Shown: positions 7,137 to 16,407, counted from the first letter of the stretch. The stretch: DNA of 64,000 nt from Bacteroidota bacterium (GCA_003554865.1 PWHJ01000088.1:90341-154340), one strand, 5' to 3'. Numbers and translations: made by a program. The notes: generated by a model not told the origin, from the sequence alone.

Positions 7137-9554
7137 TTATAAAATCAAACTTCCCGCATTATAGACCAGAAAAGCTGCAATCCATGCAACACCAGTTGTG
7201 TAGAATGCAGTGAAAAGTCCCCATTTCCAGCTGCCCGATTCATGTTTTATTGTACCTATTACAGCAATGCAGGGAAAGTAGAGCAAAATGAAGACCAGAA
7301 ATGCATATGCTGAAGCAGGGGTAAAAACGGGAGAGCCGTCACTTCGGGTTTGTTCCTTTAAAACTTCTCCCAAGGTTTCTGTGGGGAGTGTTGATTCCGG
7401 ATCTGCCTGGTAGAGTACTCCCATTGTGCTTACAACAATCTCTTTTGCGGCAAGACCTGATAGGAGACTAACACCCATTTTCCAGTCAAATCCCAGAGGT
7501 TCGATTGCAGGTTCAATAAAACGCCCGATTTGTCCTATATAAGATTCTTCATGCATTTCGGTTTCCAGCTCAGGTGCATGTGCTAACAGATCGGCGTTTG
7601 CCGTATAATCCCCTGTGGATTCCTGGTTTTGCGGGTAATATCCCAGGGCCCATATTATAATTGAACCGACAAGGATTATACCTCCCACTTTTTTCAGGTA
7701 TTGTGAACCTTTATCCCACATATGGCTCGCTGTGGTTTTAAGAAGGGGGACGCGGTAAGGCGGAAGCTCCATCACAAAGGGTGTATCAGCGGAAGAGGAA
7801 AAGAATTTTTTGGCAATAAGCGCTACCAGTACCGCCATTAATATTCCGAGAAAATATAGGCTGAAAAGCACGGTTCCCCCACTTTCCGGGAAGAATGCAC
7901 CGATTATAAGAATAAAAACAGGCAATCTGGCATGACATGACATAAAGGGATTAATGAGCATTGTCACCAAACGGTCCCTGCGGTTCTCTATTGTCCTTGT
8001 GGCCATAATGGCCGGCACGTTGCACCCGAATCCCATAAGCATCGGGATGAATGACTTTCCGTGAAGCCCTATTTTATGCATTAACTTGTCCATTATAAAA
8101 GCTGCACGGGCCATATAGCCGGTATCTTCCATCAGGGATATAAAAAAGAAAAGTATCAGAATATTGGGAAGGAATACTATTACTCCTCCTACACCTCCGA
8201 GAATTCCGTTGATAAGCAAATCCTTCAATGGCCCCTCCTGCATTTGTTGATCCAGAAGGGCTCCCGTATGACTTACCAGGTTTTCTATCCAGTGCATAGG
8301 ATACTCCCCGAGTGTAAATGTAGCCTGGAACATCAGCCACATGAAGAAAATGAATATGGGGAAGCCGTAAATTTTGTGTGTTACAAAGGCATCGATCATT
8401 TCCGTTTTTTTTCGCTTTTGCTGTTTACCGCTTTTAAATGTTTCCATCAGCGCTCCGGAAATGAAACCGTATCTTGCATCGGTTATAAGTGTTTCACTGT
8501 CGTCGTTGAGGAGTTTTTCAAGCCGTGATATTTCCCTGTTTGAAGTGTTCAATATATCGTCGGTATTAGTGGCTTCGCCGACAATTGTTTGGGCATGTTT
8601 ATCCTTTTCAAGAAGCTTGATGGCAAGAAAGCGTGAAGAAATTCTGTCAGTCAGGTCAAAGTTGGCCGGCACCTTGATCTTTTCAGTAATACTTCTCAGG
8701 GATGATTCGATTTCCGCACCGTAGTTGATATGTATGTGCCTCATATCGGAATCACGGTCTTCATGCATATCAATTACTTTAGTGAAGAGATCGTTAATTC
8801 CTATCTTTTTTGATGCAATAGTTGGTACGAAGGGTATACCCAGCATTTTACCAAGGGCGTTGTAATCGAACTCATCTCCGTTCTCAAGAAGTTCATCATA
8901 CATATTGAGAGCCACCACAACCTTTACATCCATATCGATCAGCTGGGTTGTAAGGTAAAGATTGCGTTCAAGGTTAGAGGCATCAATCACATTTACTACC
9001 ACATCGGGCATATTCTGGAATATGTGGTCTCTGACAAAAATCTCTTCAGGTGAATAGTGTGTAAGGGAATATGTTCCCGGCAGGTCATATATATTGAAAG
9101 TGTAGCCTTTCATTTTCAGGTTCCCTTCTTTGACATCTATTGTAACTCCGCCGTAATTGGCTACTTTTTCCCTTGATTTTGTGGCGTAGTTAAAAAGGGT
9201 GGTTTTCCCGGAATTGGGATTACCTACCATTGCTACATTTATTACTTTACCTTTTTTCTCTGCGCGGGTTTTCAAAAACTCTTCAGTTATAACCCCGTTG
9301 AATTCGTTACCGGATTCCTCCCTGGCTTCCCCGGGGGTTATAACTTCAATAAGGGCAGCTTCACTTCTCCTTAGGGAAACTTCATATCCCATTATGCTGT
9401 ACTCTACCGGATCCCTTAAGGGAGCCTTTTTTATAACGGTCACGGTTTTCCCCTTTACAAATCCCATTTCTGTGATTCTTTTCCTGAATGCACCGCGCCC
9501 CTTTATTTTAGTAATAATACCGCTCTCGTTATTTGAAAGTTCTGCAAGTGTCAT
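7137..9554 (-). CDS. feoB: Ferrous iron transporter, FeoA-FeoB fusion
   Basis: ORF 7137..9581 starts at TTG; an ATG at 9554 gives MTLAELSNNESGIITKIKGRGAFRKRITEMGFVKGK... (FeoA SH3-like domain). This is followed by the FeoB G-domain (VAMVGNPNSGKTTLFN, DLPGTYSL) and the polytopic membrane domain. Confidence 0.9.
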   Translation of the reverse strand: MTLAELSNNESGIITKIKGRGAFRKRITEMGFVKGKTVTVIKKAPLRDPVEYSIMGYEVSLRRSEAALIEVITPGEAREESGNEFNGVITEEFLKTRAEKKGKVINVAMVGNPNSGKTTLFNYATKSREKVANYGGVTIDVKEGNLKMKGYTFNIYDLPGTYSLTHYSPEEIFVRDHIFQNMPDVVVNVIDASNLERNLYLTTQLIDMDVKVVVALNMYDELLENGDEFDYNALGKMLGIPFVPTIASKKIGINDLFTKVIDMHEDRDSDMRHIHINYGAEIESSLRSITEKIKVPANFDLTDRISSRFLAIKLLEKDKHAQTIVGEATNTDDILNTSNREISRLEKLLNDDSETLITDARYGFISGALMETFKSGKQQKRKKTEMIDAFVTHKIYGFPIFIFFMWLMFQATFTLGEYPMHWIENLVSHTGALLDQQMQEGPLKDLLINGILGGVGGVIVFLPNILILFFFISLMEDTGYMARAAFIMDKLMHKIGLHGKSFIPMLMGFGCNVPAIMATRTIENRRDRLVTMLINPFMSCHARLPVFILIIGAFFPESGGTVLFSLYFLGILMAVLVALIAKKFFSSSADTPFVMELPPYRVPLLKTTASHMWDKGSQYLKKVGGIILVGSIIIWALGYYPQNQESTGDYTANADLLAHAPELETEMHEESYIGQIGRFIEPAIEPLGFDWKMGVSLLSGLAAKEIVVSTMGVLYQADPESTLPTETLGEVLKEQTRSDGSPVFTPASAYAFLVFILLYFPCIAVIGTIKHESGSWKWGLFTAFYTTGVAWIAAFLVYNAGSLIL

Positions 9555-9578
9555 AGCTAAATTATCTATAGTAAGGTG

Positions 9579-9586
9579 CAAAAATA
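9579..9586 (-). promoter_or_regulatory. Candidate -7 promoter box for feoAB (TATTTTTG on minus strand)
   Basis: Plus strand reads CAAAAATA, which is TAttTTTG on the coding strand, 25 nt upstream of ATG 9554. It overlaps the alternative TTG start at 9581, which favours the ATG start. Confidence 0.35.
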
Positions 9587-9605
9587 GGTGGGTATAAAAT
9601 ATTTG

Positions 9606-9623
9606 CCAATACCTAATTATTGG
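9606..9623. promoter_or_regulatory. 18-bp palindrome CCAATA-N6-TATTGG upstream of feoAB (candidate regulator site)
   Basis: A perfect 6+6 inverted repeat in an AT-rich context, 20-37 nt upstream of the candidate -7 box, i.e. around the -33 region of the feoAB promoter. Confidence 0.3.
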
Positions 9624-9873
9624 GATTTTTTATTTGTTAAAACCCCTTAAATATCTTTTGAATTTGCATTTATGTACAGGAGATAAAATATCTTATTATG
9701 ACCGGCGAGTAAAAACTCAGAAGAGGCTGCTTGCTGAACTTGCCGCTGAAGAAGGGGTGGAGTGTTACAGGGCAATTTATCGTAAAATAAAATAGTTGAT
9801 TTTTTTAACAAAGGCAATACATTAAAAAACACAGGCACAAGGCGGGAACAAAACCCGTGCAAAACAAAAAAAA

Positions 9874-9903
9874 CAGAAAGCCCTGGGTTTGCAGGGCTTT
9901 CTG
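9874..9903 (-). terminator. Rho-independent terminator after the PUR-like gene
   Basis: Perfect 12-bp stem CAGAAAGCCCTG / CAGGGCTTTCTG with a 6-nt loop, starting 2 nt after the stop codon. On the minus strand it is followed by TTTTTTTTGTTTT. Confidence 0.75.
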
Positions 9904-9904
9904 T

Positions 9905-10285
9905 TTATTGATCCTTGTTTTTGTCGAGATCGTCAAAACTCACGTTGGTAAAACCGTCGTTAAGGTTTTCACTTTTTTGATCTTCCTTGTTTTCCAATGG
10001 CTGTGCATTATTTATAAAGGAAACCACTTCAGTGAAACCGTTATTGAATTTTTCAAAATCTTCTTTGTAGAGGAAGATCTTGTGCTTTTCAAAATACTGT
10101 TTACCTTCCCTGTTGAACCGTTTTTTACTTTCGGTGATTGTCAGGTAGTAATCGTTGTTCCTAGTGGACTTTACATCAAAAAAATAAGTCCTCTTTCCAG
10201 CTCTGATAGTTTGCGAGAAAATTTCCTGTCTTTCATTGTTGTTACTGTTATTCTCTCCTCCTGCTTTTTTTTCATTCTCTTCCAT
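9905..10285 (-). CDS. PUR-alpha-like nucleic-acid-binding protein (DUF3276 family)
   Basis: 126-aa ORF. The core segments IFSQTIRAGKRTYFFDVKSTRNNDYYLTITESKKRF and KHKIFLYKEDFEKFNNGF are the PUR-repeat-like motifs of Bacteroidota DUF3276 proteins, with low-complexity acidic/Asn-rich termini. Confidence 0.75.
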   Translation of the reverse strand: MEENEKKAGGENNSNNNERQEIFSQTIRAGKRTYFFDVKSTRNNDYYLTITESKKRFNREGKQYFEKHKIFLYKEDFEKFNNGFTEVVSFINNAQPLENKEDQKSENLNDGFTNVSFDDLDKNKDQ

Positions 10286-10446
10286 CTTCCTGATAGGTTT
10301 TTAGTAATTTGACAAAAAATACAAATCAAAAATATATTCAACACTTTGAAAAAGCAAATTTTTAAGCAAAGTAAACATTTTTAATATATAATGTCAAACT
10401 TTGAGTGTTTTTATAATAAAATTAACGATGAAGACGTAAAAATAGT

Positions 10447-10454
10447 TACATTTG
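10447..10454 (+). promoter_or_regulatory. Candidate -7 promoter box (TACATTTG) for nusB operon
   Basis: TAnnTTTG match 40 nt upstream of the nusB ATG. Confidence 0.4.
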
Positions 10455-10493
10455 CATTCCTTTAAATTTTTAAAACAGGAGTTCTTTTAAAAA

Positions 10494-11438
10494 ATGGTCA
10501 GCAGAAGGTTACTTAGAATTAAGATTTTACAGATTTTATATGCTTATTATAAAAAGGGTAAACCTGCTGTAGATAAACTCGAAAAGGAGCTGTTTTTCAG
10601 TATTGAAAAAACTCATGAACTGTATATTTCTGTTTTTGCATTGCTTAAAGAGCTTGTGCGTTATGCCAATTACCGGATTGAGCTGTCAAGGAACAAGTTG
10701 TCTCCAACGGCGGAGGACTTAAACCCAAACACCAATTTTGTTGACAATAAGGTAATAGCAAAACTGTCTGAGAATCCTTCCCTGAAAAAGTATATTGACA
10801 AATACAAGGTAAACTGGGGACTCTATCCGGAATTGATTAAAAACATGTACATACAGATTACAAATTCCGATTATTATGCCCGTTATATGAAAGAAAATGA
10901 GCCTTCTTTAAAGGCCGATTATAAGTTTGTCAATCATATACTTTACCGCGCGATACTTAATTGTGAAATGCTCGATTCTCTTTTGGAGGAAAAAAGTATT
11001 TACTGGAATAACGATATTGAGATTGCTGTAAGGCAGGTTGAACGGACATTGAAGAAAATCAGGGAAGGTGAGGAACCTGAAGTACTTTCCCTGTATAAGG
11101 ATTCTGATGACAGGGAATTTGTCCGCAGGCTTTTCAGGCATGTAACTTCTCATGACAGGGAATACACCGAAATGATCGAAAGTTTTACAAGCAACTGGGA
11201 TGTTGAAAGGATCGCTTTTATGGATATCTTGATCATGCAGCAGGCCATTGCCGAAATAATTGAATTTGAGAATATACCCACACGTGTTTCTTTCAACGAG
11301 TATATTGACATCGCCAAATTTTTCAGCACCCAAAAAAGCAGTAATTTTATAAACGGAGTGCTTGACAGGATTATTCAAAAACTTAAGGAGGATAATAAAA
11401 TTATAAAAAGTGGCAGGGGACTGATCGGGGAAGGCTAA
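10494..11438 (+). CDS. nusB: Transcription antitermination factor NusB (long Bacteroidota form)
   Basis: 314-aa ORF with N-terminal RRLLRIKILQILYAY and a C-terminal NusB fold (ERIAFMDILIMQQAIAEI, FINGVLD). It sits in the conserved nusB-yajC-ybbR-like-coaE arrangement. Confidence 0.85.
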   Translation: MVSRRLLRIKILQILYAYYKKGKPAVDKLEKELFFSIEKTHELYISVFALLKELVRYANYRIELSRNKLSPTAEDLNPNTNFVDNKVIAKLSENPSLKKYIDKYKVNWGLYPELIKNMYIQITNSDYYARYMKENEPSLKADYKFVNHILYRAILNCEMLDSLLEEKSIYWNNDIEIAVRQVERTLKKIREGEEPEVLSLYKDSDDREFVRRLFRHVTSHDREYTEMIESFTSNWDVERIAFMDILIMQQAIAEIIEFENIPTRVSFNEYIDIAKFFSTQKSSNFINGVLDRIIQKLKEDNKIIKSGRGLIGEG

Positions 11439-11575
11439 TTATGGTTTAATTTAGAGGCAGGGCACAATATATTTATTTGTTTAAAAACCAAAATTATTAT
11501 TACTTTGCGGGAGTTTCTATAACATTTTATATTCTTCATTTAGATTAAAAAACTAATAATCAAAAAAAAAAAAAT

Positions 11576-11896
11576 ATGGATCTACAATTCATTTTACTGA
11601 TGGGCCCGCAGGAGGGTCAAAACCCGCTTGTTTCATTTTTGCCGCTTTTGCTTATTATTCTGGTTTTCTATCTTTTTATGATCAGGCCTCAAATGAAAAG
11701 GCAGAAAGAATTGCGGGAATACCGTAATCAGCTAAAAAAAGGTGACCGCATTTTAACTACCGGCGGAATTTATGGAAGGGTGAACGACGTTTCCGAGAAT
11801 GTTGTTACTATTGAGGTGGAGGATCAGATAAAGCTTAAGGTTGACAAGAGTGCCATACTGAAAGATCCAACCGATCTGTCGCAGCAACAGCGCTAG
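11576..11896 (+). CDS. yajC: Preprotein translocase subunit YajC
   Basis: 106 aa, with one TM segment followed by MIRPQMKRQKE...L.KGD.I.T.GGIYG.V, the YajC signature. Confidence 0.9.
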   Translation: MDLQFILLMGPQEGQNPLVSFLPLLLIILVFYLFMIRPQMKRQKELREYRNQLKKGDRILTTGGIYGRVNDVSENVVTIEVEDQIKLKVDKSAILKDPTDLSQQQR

Positions 11897-11919
11897 TTTT
11901 TAATTTAACCAAAAGCATA

Positions 11920-12912
11920 TTGGATACAGGATTTATAAAGCCGATCAGGCAACTGATTCAAAGAGACAAGGATAAGTTTAATAAAAAGTTGCTGGTGTTT
12001 TTATTTTTCCTTGTTGTATCTACCATATTCTGGTTTCTCAGTATGCTTAACAAAGAGTACACCACTGATCTTCAATACCCGGTAGAATATACAAACTTCC
12101 CTGAAGATAAGGTTCTGGTGGGCGAGTTACCTTCTTCGCTAACTCTCAATGTGAGCGGATACGGGTATACTTTGCTCAGGTACCGGCTTAGCAGGCAATT
12201 GCTCCCGATAATTTTCGATGTAAACTCCTTTTCCCTGAACCGTATTTCAGATGAGGAGGATACCTTTTTTATTCTTACAGGTGTTGCACGGAACAAAATA
12301 TCTGACCAGCTTGCCGGAATTGAAATAAACGATATTCGCCCCGATACACTTTTTTTTCAATTTACCGATGTGGTCTCTAGGAAGATCCCGGTTAAAGCTG
12401 AGCTTGATTTGGGATTCAGGCAGCAATACATGCAGAGTGGTTCGGTTTTAATTGAGCCCGATTCGGTAGTCGCAGCCGGACCGGAGCCTGTAATAGACAC
12501 ACTTGAGCATGCGCGGACAAACATGCTTTCTCTTCAGGATGTTGACCGTACAGTAGAGGAGCATGTTTCGCTTTCCTCATATGATTATGTGAGTTTCTCC
12601 GAGGAAAAGGTTAAAATTACAGTACCGGTGGAGCAGTTTACAGAGTCAAGTATAAAGATACCGATTGAAGCGGTCAATGTGCCCGAAGAACTTAAGCTCA
12701 AAACCTTTCCTTCTGAGGTTACAGCTTCTTTTATTGTTCCTTTGAGTGATTATGACAGAGTCAGTCAGGAGCAATTCCGTATATATGTGGATTATGATAA
12801 ATTGCAGCAGGAGAATGTGGGCAGGTTGCCGGTAGAGCTTGCCGCTGCCCCCGAATTTGTCAGGAATGTAAGGTATAATCCGCAAATGGTAGATTTTATC
12901 GTTGAAAAATAA
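11920..12912 (+). CDS. YbbR-like domain-containing membrane-anchored protein
   Basis: 330-aa ORF with an N-terminal TM anchor (LLVFLFFLVVSTIFWFLSML) and repeated beta-rich YbbR-like modules. It holds the conserved position between yajC and coaE. The only start that keeps the TM anchor is the TTG at 11920, so the start is uncertain. Confidence 0.6.
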   Translation: MDTGFIKPIRQLIQRDKDKFNKKLLVFLFFLVVSTIFWFLSMLNKEYTTDLQYPVEYTNFPEDKVLVGELPSSLTLNVSGYGYTLLRYRLSRQLLPIIFDVNSFSLNRISDEEDTFFILTGVARNKISDQLAGIEINDIRPDTLFFQFTDVVSRKIPVKAELDLGFRQQYMQSGSVLIEPDSVVAAGPEPVIDTLEHARTNMLSLQDVDRTVEEHVSLSSYDYVSFSEEKVKITVPVEQFTESSIKIPIEAVNVPEELKLKTFPSEVTASFIVPLSDYDRVSQEQFRIYVDYDKLQQENVGRLPVELAAAPEFVRNVRYNPQMVDFIVEK

Positions 12913-13514
12913 TGCTTAAAACTGGAGTAACAGGTGGTATTGGTAGTGGAAAATCGGTCATAAGCCGTGTTTTTTCAACTTTGGGGGTTCCGGTTTACAA
13001 TGCTGATGAGCAGGCAAAAAAGCTGGTAAATGAAAAAAATGAGTTGCAGGAGGCTATCGGGAAGGAGTTCGGAGATGAAGTCTGGAGCGGTGGAAAGCTT
13101 AACCGCAAACGTTTGGCTTCTGTTGTATTCAATGATCCTGATGCACTTGCCAGGCTAAATGAGATCGTACATCCTGCTGTAGCCCGGCATTTTAAGCATT
13201 GGACAGAACAGCACACAGCCAGCCCGTATATTATTAAAGAATCTGCCATTCTATTTGAAAGTTTTACCTACAGGGAGCTTGATTATGTGATGCTGGTTGT
13301 GGCACCGGAAGAGATAAGAATAAAGCGGGTCATGGAACGTGATGATACCGATGCAGGCTCGGTCAGGTTACGCATGATCAATCAATGGCCTGATGAGAAA
13401 AAAAATCCTCTGGCCGACAAGATACTTTTAAATGACGGCAATAATCCTTTGCTTGAGGTTTTGCTGGGTCTGCATGAGAAATTTTCAAAAGGCGAAAAAC
13501 CTCAGGGAGATTAA
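12912..13514 (+). CDS. coaE: Dephospho-CoA kinase
   Basis: GVTGGIGSGKS P-loop at the N-terminus, IVHPAV motif, about 200 aa. Its start abuts the upstream stop (TAATG). Confidence 0.9.
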   Translation: MLKTGVTGGIGSGKSVISRVFSTLGVPVYNADEQAKKLVNEKNELQEAIGKEFGDEVWSGGKLNRKRLASVVFNDPDALARLNEIVHPAVARHFKHWTEQHTASPYIIKESAILFESFTYRELDYVMLVVAPEEIRIKRVMERDDTDAGSVRLRMINQWPDEKKNPLADKILLNDGNNPLLEVLLGLHEKFSKGEKPQGD

Positions 13515-13584
13515 ATGCGTACTTGTTTTGCTGATATTTCGTTTTTAAAGCTATTTTTGTATTTGGATTATCAAAATTTTTTTT

Positions 13585-14091
13585 ATGGAATTAAAAGATA
13601 TTCTGTCAATATCGGGTTATCCGGGATTATATAAATTTATTTCCCAGGGAAGAAGCGGAGTGATAGTTGAATCCCTGGAGAGTAAAAAACGGATGAATGC
13701 TCATTCTTCACTTAAGATAATTGCACTTGATGATATTCAGATATTTACCGAATCCGGTGAAGTGTCGCTTTCAGAAGTTTTCGATAAGATTTACCGGAAA
13801 GAGGATGGGGGAAAGGCTATAAATCATAAATCCTCGTCCGGTGACCTTAAGGAGTATATGGAGGAGATCCTTCCCGAATATGACAGGGACCGGGTTTATG
13901 TTTCAGACATCAAAAAAATTGTGCTTTGGTACAATACTCTTCATGAGCTCAATATGCTTCATCCCAAAAAGGAAGAAGAGGAATCTGATGCCAAAAAGAC
14001 AGAAGAGGAAAGTGGTGAGCAAAAGGATAAACCCTCAAAAGAAGAGGGCGGAGACAGTGATGAGCTTCAGGATAACAGTACCGGGAACTAA
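13585..14091 (+). CDS. Conserved Bacteroidota hypothetical protein (DUF5606-like) with acidic/Lys-rich tail
   Basis: 168-aa ORF. The N-terminal LKDILSISGYPGLYKFISQGRSGVIVESL pattern resembles the DUF5606 family as I recall it. The C-terminus is low-complexity (KKEEEESDAKKTEEESGEQKDKPSKEEGGDSDE). Confidence 0.5.
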   Translation: MELKDILSISGYPGLYKFISQGRSGVIVESLESKKRMNAHSSLKIIALDDIQIFTESGEVSLSEVFDKIYRKEDGGKAINHKSSSGDLKEYMEEILPEYDRDRVYVSDIKKIVLWYNTLHELNMLHPKKEEEESDAKKTEEESGEQKDKPSKEEGGDSDELQDNSTGN

Positions 14092-14134
14092 AAAGGCTCT
14101 TATCAGATCCCAATAATTAAAAATAAAATCTGTT

Positions 14135-14887
14135 ATGGAATCTTTCAAAAATCGCGTACTAAAAAAGGAAAAACTCTTTGGTACCATTGTTTCTCTGCCT
14201 TCACCACAAATTGCCGAGATGTTTTCACTGGCCGGCCTTGATTGGCTTTTTATTGATGCAGAACACGGGAATTTTGATTTGGATGATGTACAGGGAGTAT
14301 TACAGGTGGTTGGGGACAAAACTCCCTCTCTGGTGAGGGTCCCCCTAAATGATGAAATATGGATCAAAAGAGTTCTGGATGCCGGAGCAAAGGGTGTTAT
14401 AGTTCCGCAGGTACTTACCGCGGAAGAAGCATTGCAGGCAGTCTCTTTTTGCAAATACCCTCCCGAAGGTAAGCGGAGTGTAGGAATTTCCCGTGCACAT
14501 GGTTACGGAATGAAATTTTCAGATTACCTTGAAAATGCAAATGATGAAATTCTGGTGGTTATCCAGATTGAACATATTGAGGCGGTAAGAAATGCAGGAA
14601 CCATTGTCGAGGTACCGGGGGTTGATGTGGTTTTTGTCGGCCCGTATGATCTTTCTGCAAGTATGGGAGTTACCGGCAAGGTTGATTCACCCCGGGTGAA
14701 AGATGCTGTAGGGAAGGTATACGATATTTGCCATGAAGTAGGTAAGCCTGCTGGTATATTCGGTACCGTGGAGGATGCTGTAAAGCCTTATGTTGATATG
14801 GGTTTTTCTCTTGTTTGTGTATCGGCTGACAATTTGCTAATTGCCGGGGCGCTTAAGGAGCTTGTATCCCGGGTGAAGAATATTTGA
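14135..14887 (+). CDS. HpcH/HpaI-family aldolase (2-keto-3-deoxy-acid aldolase type)
   Basis: 250 aa. DWLFIDAEHG, VRVP, DAGAKGVIVPQV, IQIEHIEAV, GVDVVFVGPYDLSASMG are the class II aldolase HpcH/HpaI signatures. Confidence 0.8.
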   Translation: MESFKNRVLKKEKLFGTIVSLPSPQIAEMFSLAGLDWLFIDAEHGNFDLDDVQGVLQVVGDKTPSLVRVPLNDEIWIKRVLDAGAKGVIVPQVLTAEEALQAVSFCKYPPEGKRSVGISRAHGYGMKFSDYLENANDEILVVIQIEHIEAVRNAGTIVEVPGVDVVFVGPYDLSASMGVTGKVDSPRVKDAVGKVYDICHEVGKPAGIFGTVEDAVKPYVDMGFSLVCVSADNLLIAGALKELVSRVKNI

Positions 14888-14898
14888 AACTTACCGGT

Positions 14899-16092
14899 TC
14901 AGTCAATAACCCCCGAGCCTAGAAGCTCGTTATCCCTGTACCAGGCAGCAAATTGCCCCGCTGTTATACCTCTTTGAAGGTTATGGAAAATAATGTAAAG
15001 ACCATCTTCCCGCATGTACATTGTTGCTTTCTGCAAAGGTTGCCTGTAGCGGATGCGGACAAGGAATTCGCCATTGTGACCTTCTTCTAGTCTCAAATCT
15101 TCCCTGAGCCAGTGAACCTCTTCTTTTCTTACAAAGAGGCCCCTGCGGTTCAGTCCCGGATGCGAGTGACCCTGACCGGTGTAGACTATGTTATTCTCAG
15201 TATCTGTTGCAATAACAAACAAAGGCTCTTTTTTGCCTCCCACATTCAGTCCTTTTCTTTGTCCCACCGTGTAAAACCATGCTCCGTTGTGTGTTCCGAC
15301 CTTCTTCCCGTCAGATGGGGTGTAACTGTATGGTGATACTGCCTGTTTCAGGCAGTCTTCCCCCGGTGTTAATTTTTGACTGGCAGATAAATTTTTATAG
15401 TAACTGCTGGGTATTTCAATAATGTCACCTTTGCGGGGTTCTAACTTTTGCTGCAAAAAGGATGGAAGGTCGACCTTGCCGACAAAGCATATGCCCTGGG
15501 AATCTTTGCGATCAGCCGTTGCCAGGCCCAGTTGTGAGGCTAATTCCCTTACCTGGTTTTTGCTTATATCTGCCAGCGGAAATATTGCTTTTTCAAGTTG
15601 TTTTTGGGTGAGCTGGCAAAGAAAGTAGCTCTGGTCCTTTTCATGATCCCCACCTGCTAGCAAGCGGTAAATGGTTTTTCCATTCTTGTGTATCTTGTCT
15701 TTGCCGCAATAGTGGCCGGTTGCTACAAAATCTGCGCCGATTTTCAGAGCCTCCTCTATAAACAGGCTGAATTTGATTTCCCTGTTGCACAGAATGTCGG
15801 GGTTAGGTGTTCTGCCCTTTTTATATTCTGAAAACATATAATCAACAACCTGTCTGCGGTAAGGTTCGCTTAGATCGGTGGTATGAAAGGGTATATCGAG
15901 CTTTTTTGCCACCAGCCTGGCAAAAAGCAGGTCGTCATGCCACGGGCAGTCGCCTGAAATTGTTCCTGTGGTATCATGCCAGTTTTTCATGAAAAGACCT
16001 GCCACATCATATCCTTCTTTTTTAAGAAGGTATGCCGCCACACTTGAATCAACTCCTCCCGACAAACCTACTGCAACCCGCTTTTTTTGCAT
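14899..16092 (-). CDS. mnmA: tRNA 2-thiouridine(34) synthase MnmA
   Basis: 397 aa. It has the VAVGLSGGVDSSVAA PP-loop, NPDILCN, ATGHY and DQSYFL motifs. Confidence 0.92.
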   Translation of the reverse strand: MQKKRVAVGLSGGVDSSVAAYLLKKEGYDVAGLFMKNWHDTTGTISGDCPWHDDLLFARLVAKKLDIPFHTTDLSEPYRRQVVDYMFSEYKKGRTPNPDILCNREIKFSLFIEEALKIGADFVATGHYCGKDKIHKNGKTIYRLLAGGDHEKDQSYFLCQLTQKQLEKAIFPLADISKNQVRELASQLGLATADRKDSQGICFVGKVDLPSFLQQKLEPRKGDIIEIPSSYYKNLSASQKLTPGEDCLKQAVSPYSYTPSDGKKVGTHNGAWFYTVGQRKGLNVGGKKEPLFVIATDTENNIVYTGQGHSHPGLNRRGLFVRKEEVHWLREDLRLEEGHNGEFLVRIRYRQPLQKATMYMREDGLYIIFHNLQRGITAGQFAAWYRDNELLGSGVID

Positions 16093-16140
16093 TGGGCAAA
16101 TGAACTGTTAAAATATTTTTTTTTAAACTGACAATTGGAA

Positions 16141-16266
16141 CTATTTATTATCCTTTTCCTGATTCTTTTCTATTTTATGAACCTTTTTCTTTTTCCGGGG
16201 TCTTGTCGCCCCGTAGCTGTTATTTCTTATTTTACCCCTTTTGGTTCTAATATCGCCTTTTCCCAT
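16141..16266 (-). CDS. 30S ribosomal protein THX (41 aa)
   Basis: My own translation: MGKGDIRTKRGKIRNNSYGATRPRKKKKVHKIEKNQEKDNK*. The MGKGD..TKRGK...SYG..RP start is the THX signature seen in Bacteroidota and Thermus. It is under 60 aa, so absent from the ORF track. Confidence 0.7.
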   Translation of the reverse strand: MGKGDIRTKRGKIRNNSYGATRPRKKKKVHKIEKNQEKDNK

Positions 16267-16399
16267 AATGAAAAAAATTTATTATTGGAATCGGATTAAA
16301 CATTGAAATTTTAGCTCAAATTTAACTTTTATCAAAAAATATGCCAGGCTATTGTACCACTTTTTATTGCAAAAACGTATACCGGATTTAAGTTTTTAT

Positions 16400-16407
16400 T
16401 ATATTTG
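16400..16407 (+). promoter_or_regulatory. Candidate -7 promoter box (TATATTTG)
   Basis: TAnnTTTG match 15 nt upstream of ATG 16422. This implies a very short leader, or use of the second ATG at 16428. Confidence 0.35.

Noticed and set aside
9647-9862. 71-aa minus-strand ORF in the feoAB upstream spacer
   Set aside because: It has a TTG start and no recognisable family. It runs through promoter-like AT-rich DNA and a hairpin. The region is more plausibly regulatory or leader DNA. I also found no convincing sRNA signature.
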